A stretch of DNA of 56,551 bases, filler included, from Stramenopiles sp. TOSAG23-2 (taxonomy: Eukaryota), in NCBI GenBank assembly GCA_900128395.1. It is 5 parts of 5 records of this genome, joined end to end, with 100 filler letters (N's around TTAATTAATTAA, not from the genome) between each part and the next. Parts side by side here need not be neighbours in the genome. Positions count along the whole stretch, not along the records: positions 45,357 to 56,551 come from LT649954.1; 4 more parts are not named here. The stretch is one strand, 5' to 3'. This document shows, piece after piece, positions 56,452 to 56,551 of this stretch. The position numbers were made by a program, and so were the translations under genes. The notes beneath the pieces were generated by a model. That model made no database searches. It was not told where the DNA came from and saw nothing but the letters and a program-made list of their open reading frames with translations. Position 1 is the stretch's first letter. Every line of letters starts with the position of its first letter.

Positions 56452-56551
56452 ATGTCAAGTAAACGAAGAGAGAGAAACAATCGATCGGAAAACCGCCCAC
56501 CAAAAACAAAACGTTCATTTCGAAAATTTAAAATTGATGACCTTATTGATA
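56452..56551 (+). CDS. N-terminus of an unknown protein, 3' partial
   Basis: ATG after an AT-rich UTR-like tract; MSSKRRERNNRSENRPPKTKRSFRKFKIDDLID open to the window end. Confidence 0.5.
   Translation, partial: MSSKRRERNNRSENRPPKTKRSFRKFKIDDLID

Noticed and set aside
1-56551. Alternative genetic code, tRNA/rRNA genes, viral or transposase genes
   Set aside because: Conserved proteins translate cleanly with TAA/TAG/TGA stops; I recognised no structural RNA, capsid, RT or transposase motifs by eye

Overview
AT-rich, gene-dense, intron-poor EUKARYOTIC DNA using the standard code, with GT-AG introns and poly-Asn/(CA)n/(TA)n tracts. It is probably a heterotrophic flagellated protist; a stramenopile is my inference from the presequence-bearing enolase and the flagellar genes. 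The window is not one locus. It is five contigs of decreasing size (11263, 11247, 11225, 11221, 11195 nt) joined by an artificial N44-TTAATTAATTAA-N44 linker, so gene order across linkers means nothing. About 22 full or partial protein genes are present: SDR, two multi-EF-hand proteins, a secreted Cys-repeat/LysM protein, CEP19-like, enolase, Ulp1/SENP, FAM221, cathepsin L, NC2-beta, GH20 hexosaminidase, TPR-JmjC-methyltransferase, a divergent dynein heavy chain, ALDH, Hsp10, malonyl-CoA decarboxylase, MUS81-like, a GRIP golgin and a BTB-pentapeptide-adaptin-ear protein. Best candidates for novelty: (1) a sense-oriented CCTGCACCGTGTT repeat family that begins exactly where coding sequence ends (two related GTGAGT introns in unrelated genes plus one array overlapping a stop codon), with an apparent empty-site/filled-site pair, i.e. 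a possible Introner-like intron-generating element; (2) a 375-bp MITE with 26-bp TIRs and an ATA duplication; (3) a SAM methyltransferase inserted inside a JmjC fold; (4) contrasting 5' (TACCWGGTA) and 3' (TACG/ATGATAT) intergenic motif grammars. All family calls come from motif recognition by eye; no searches were run.
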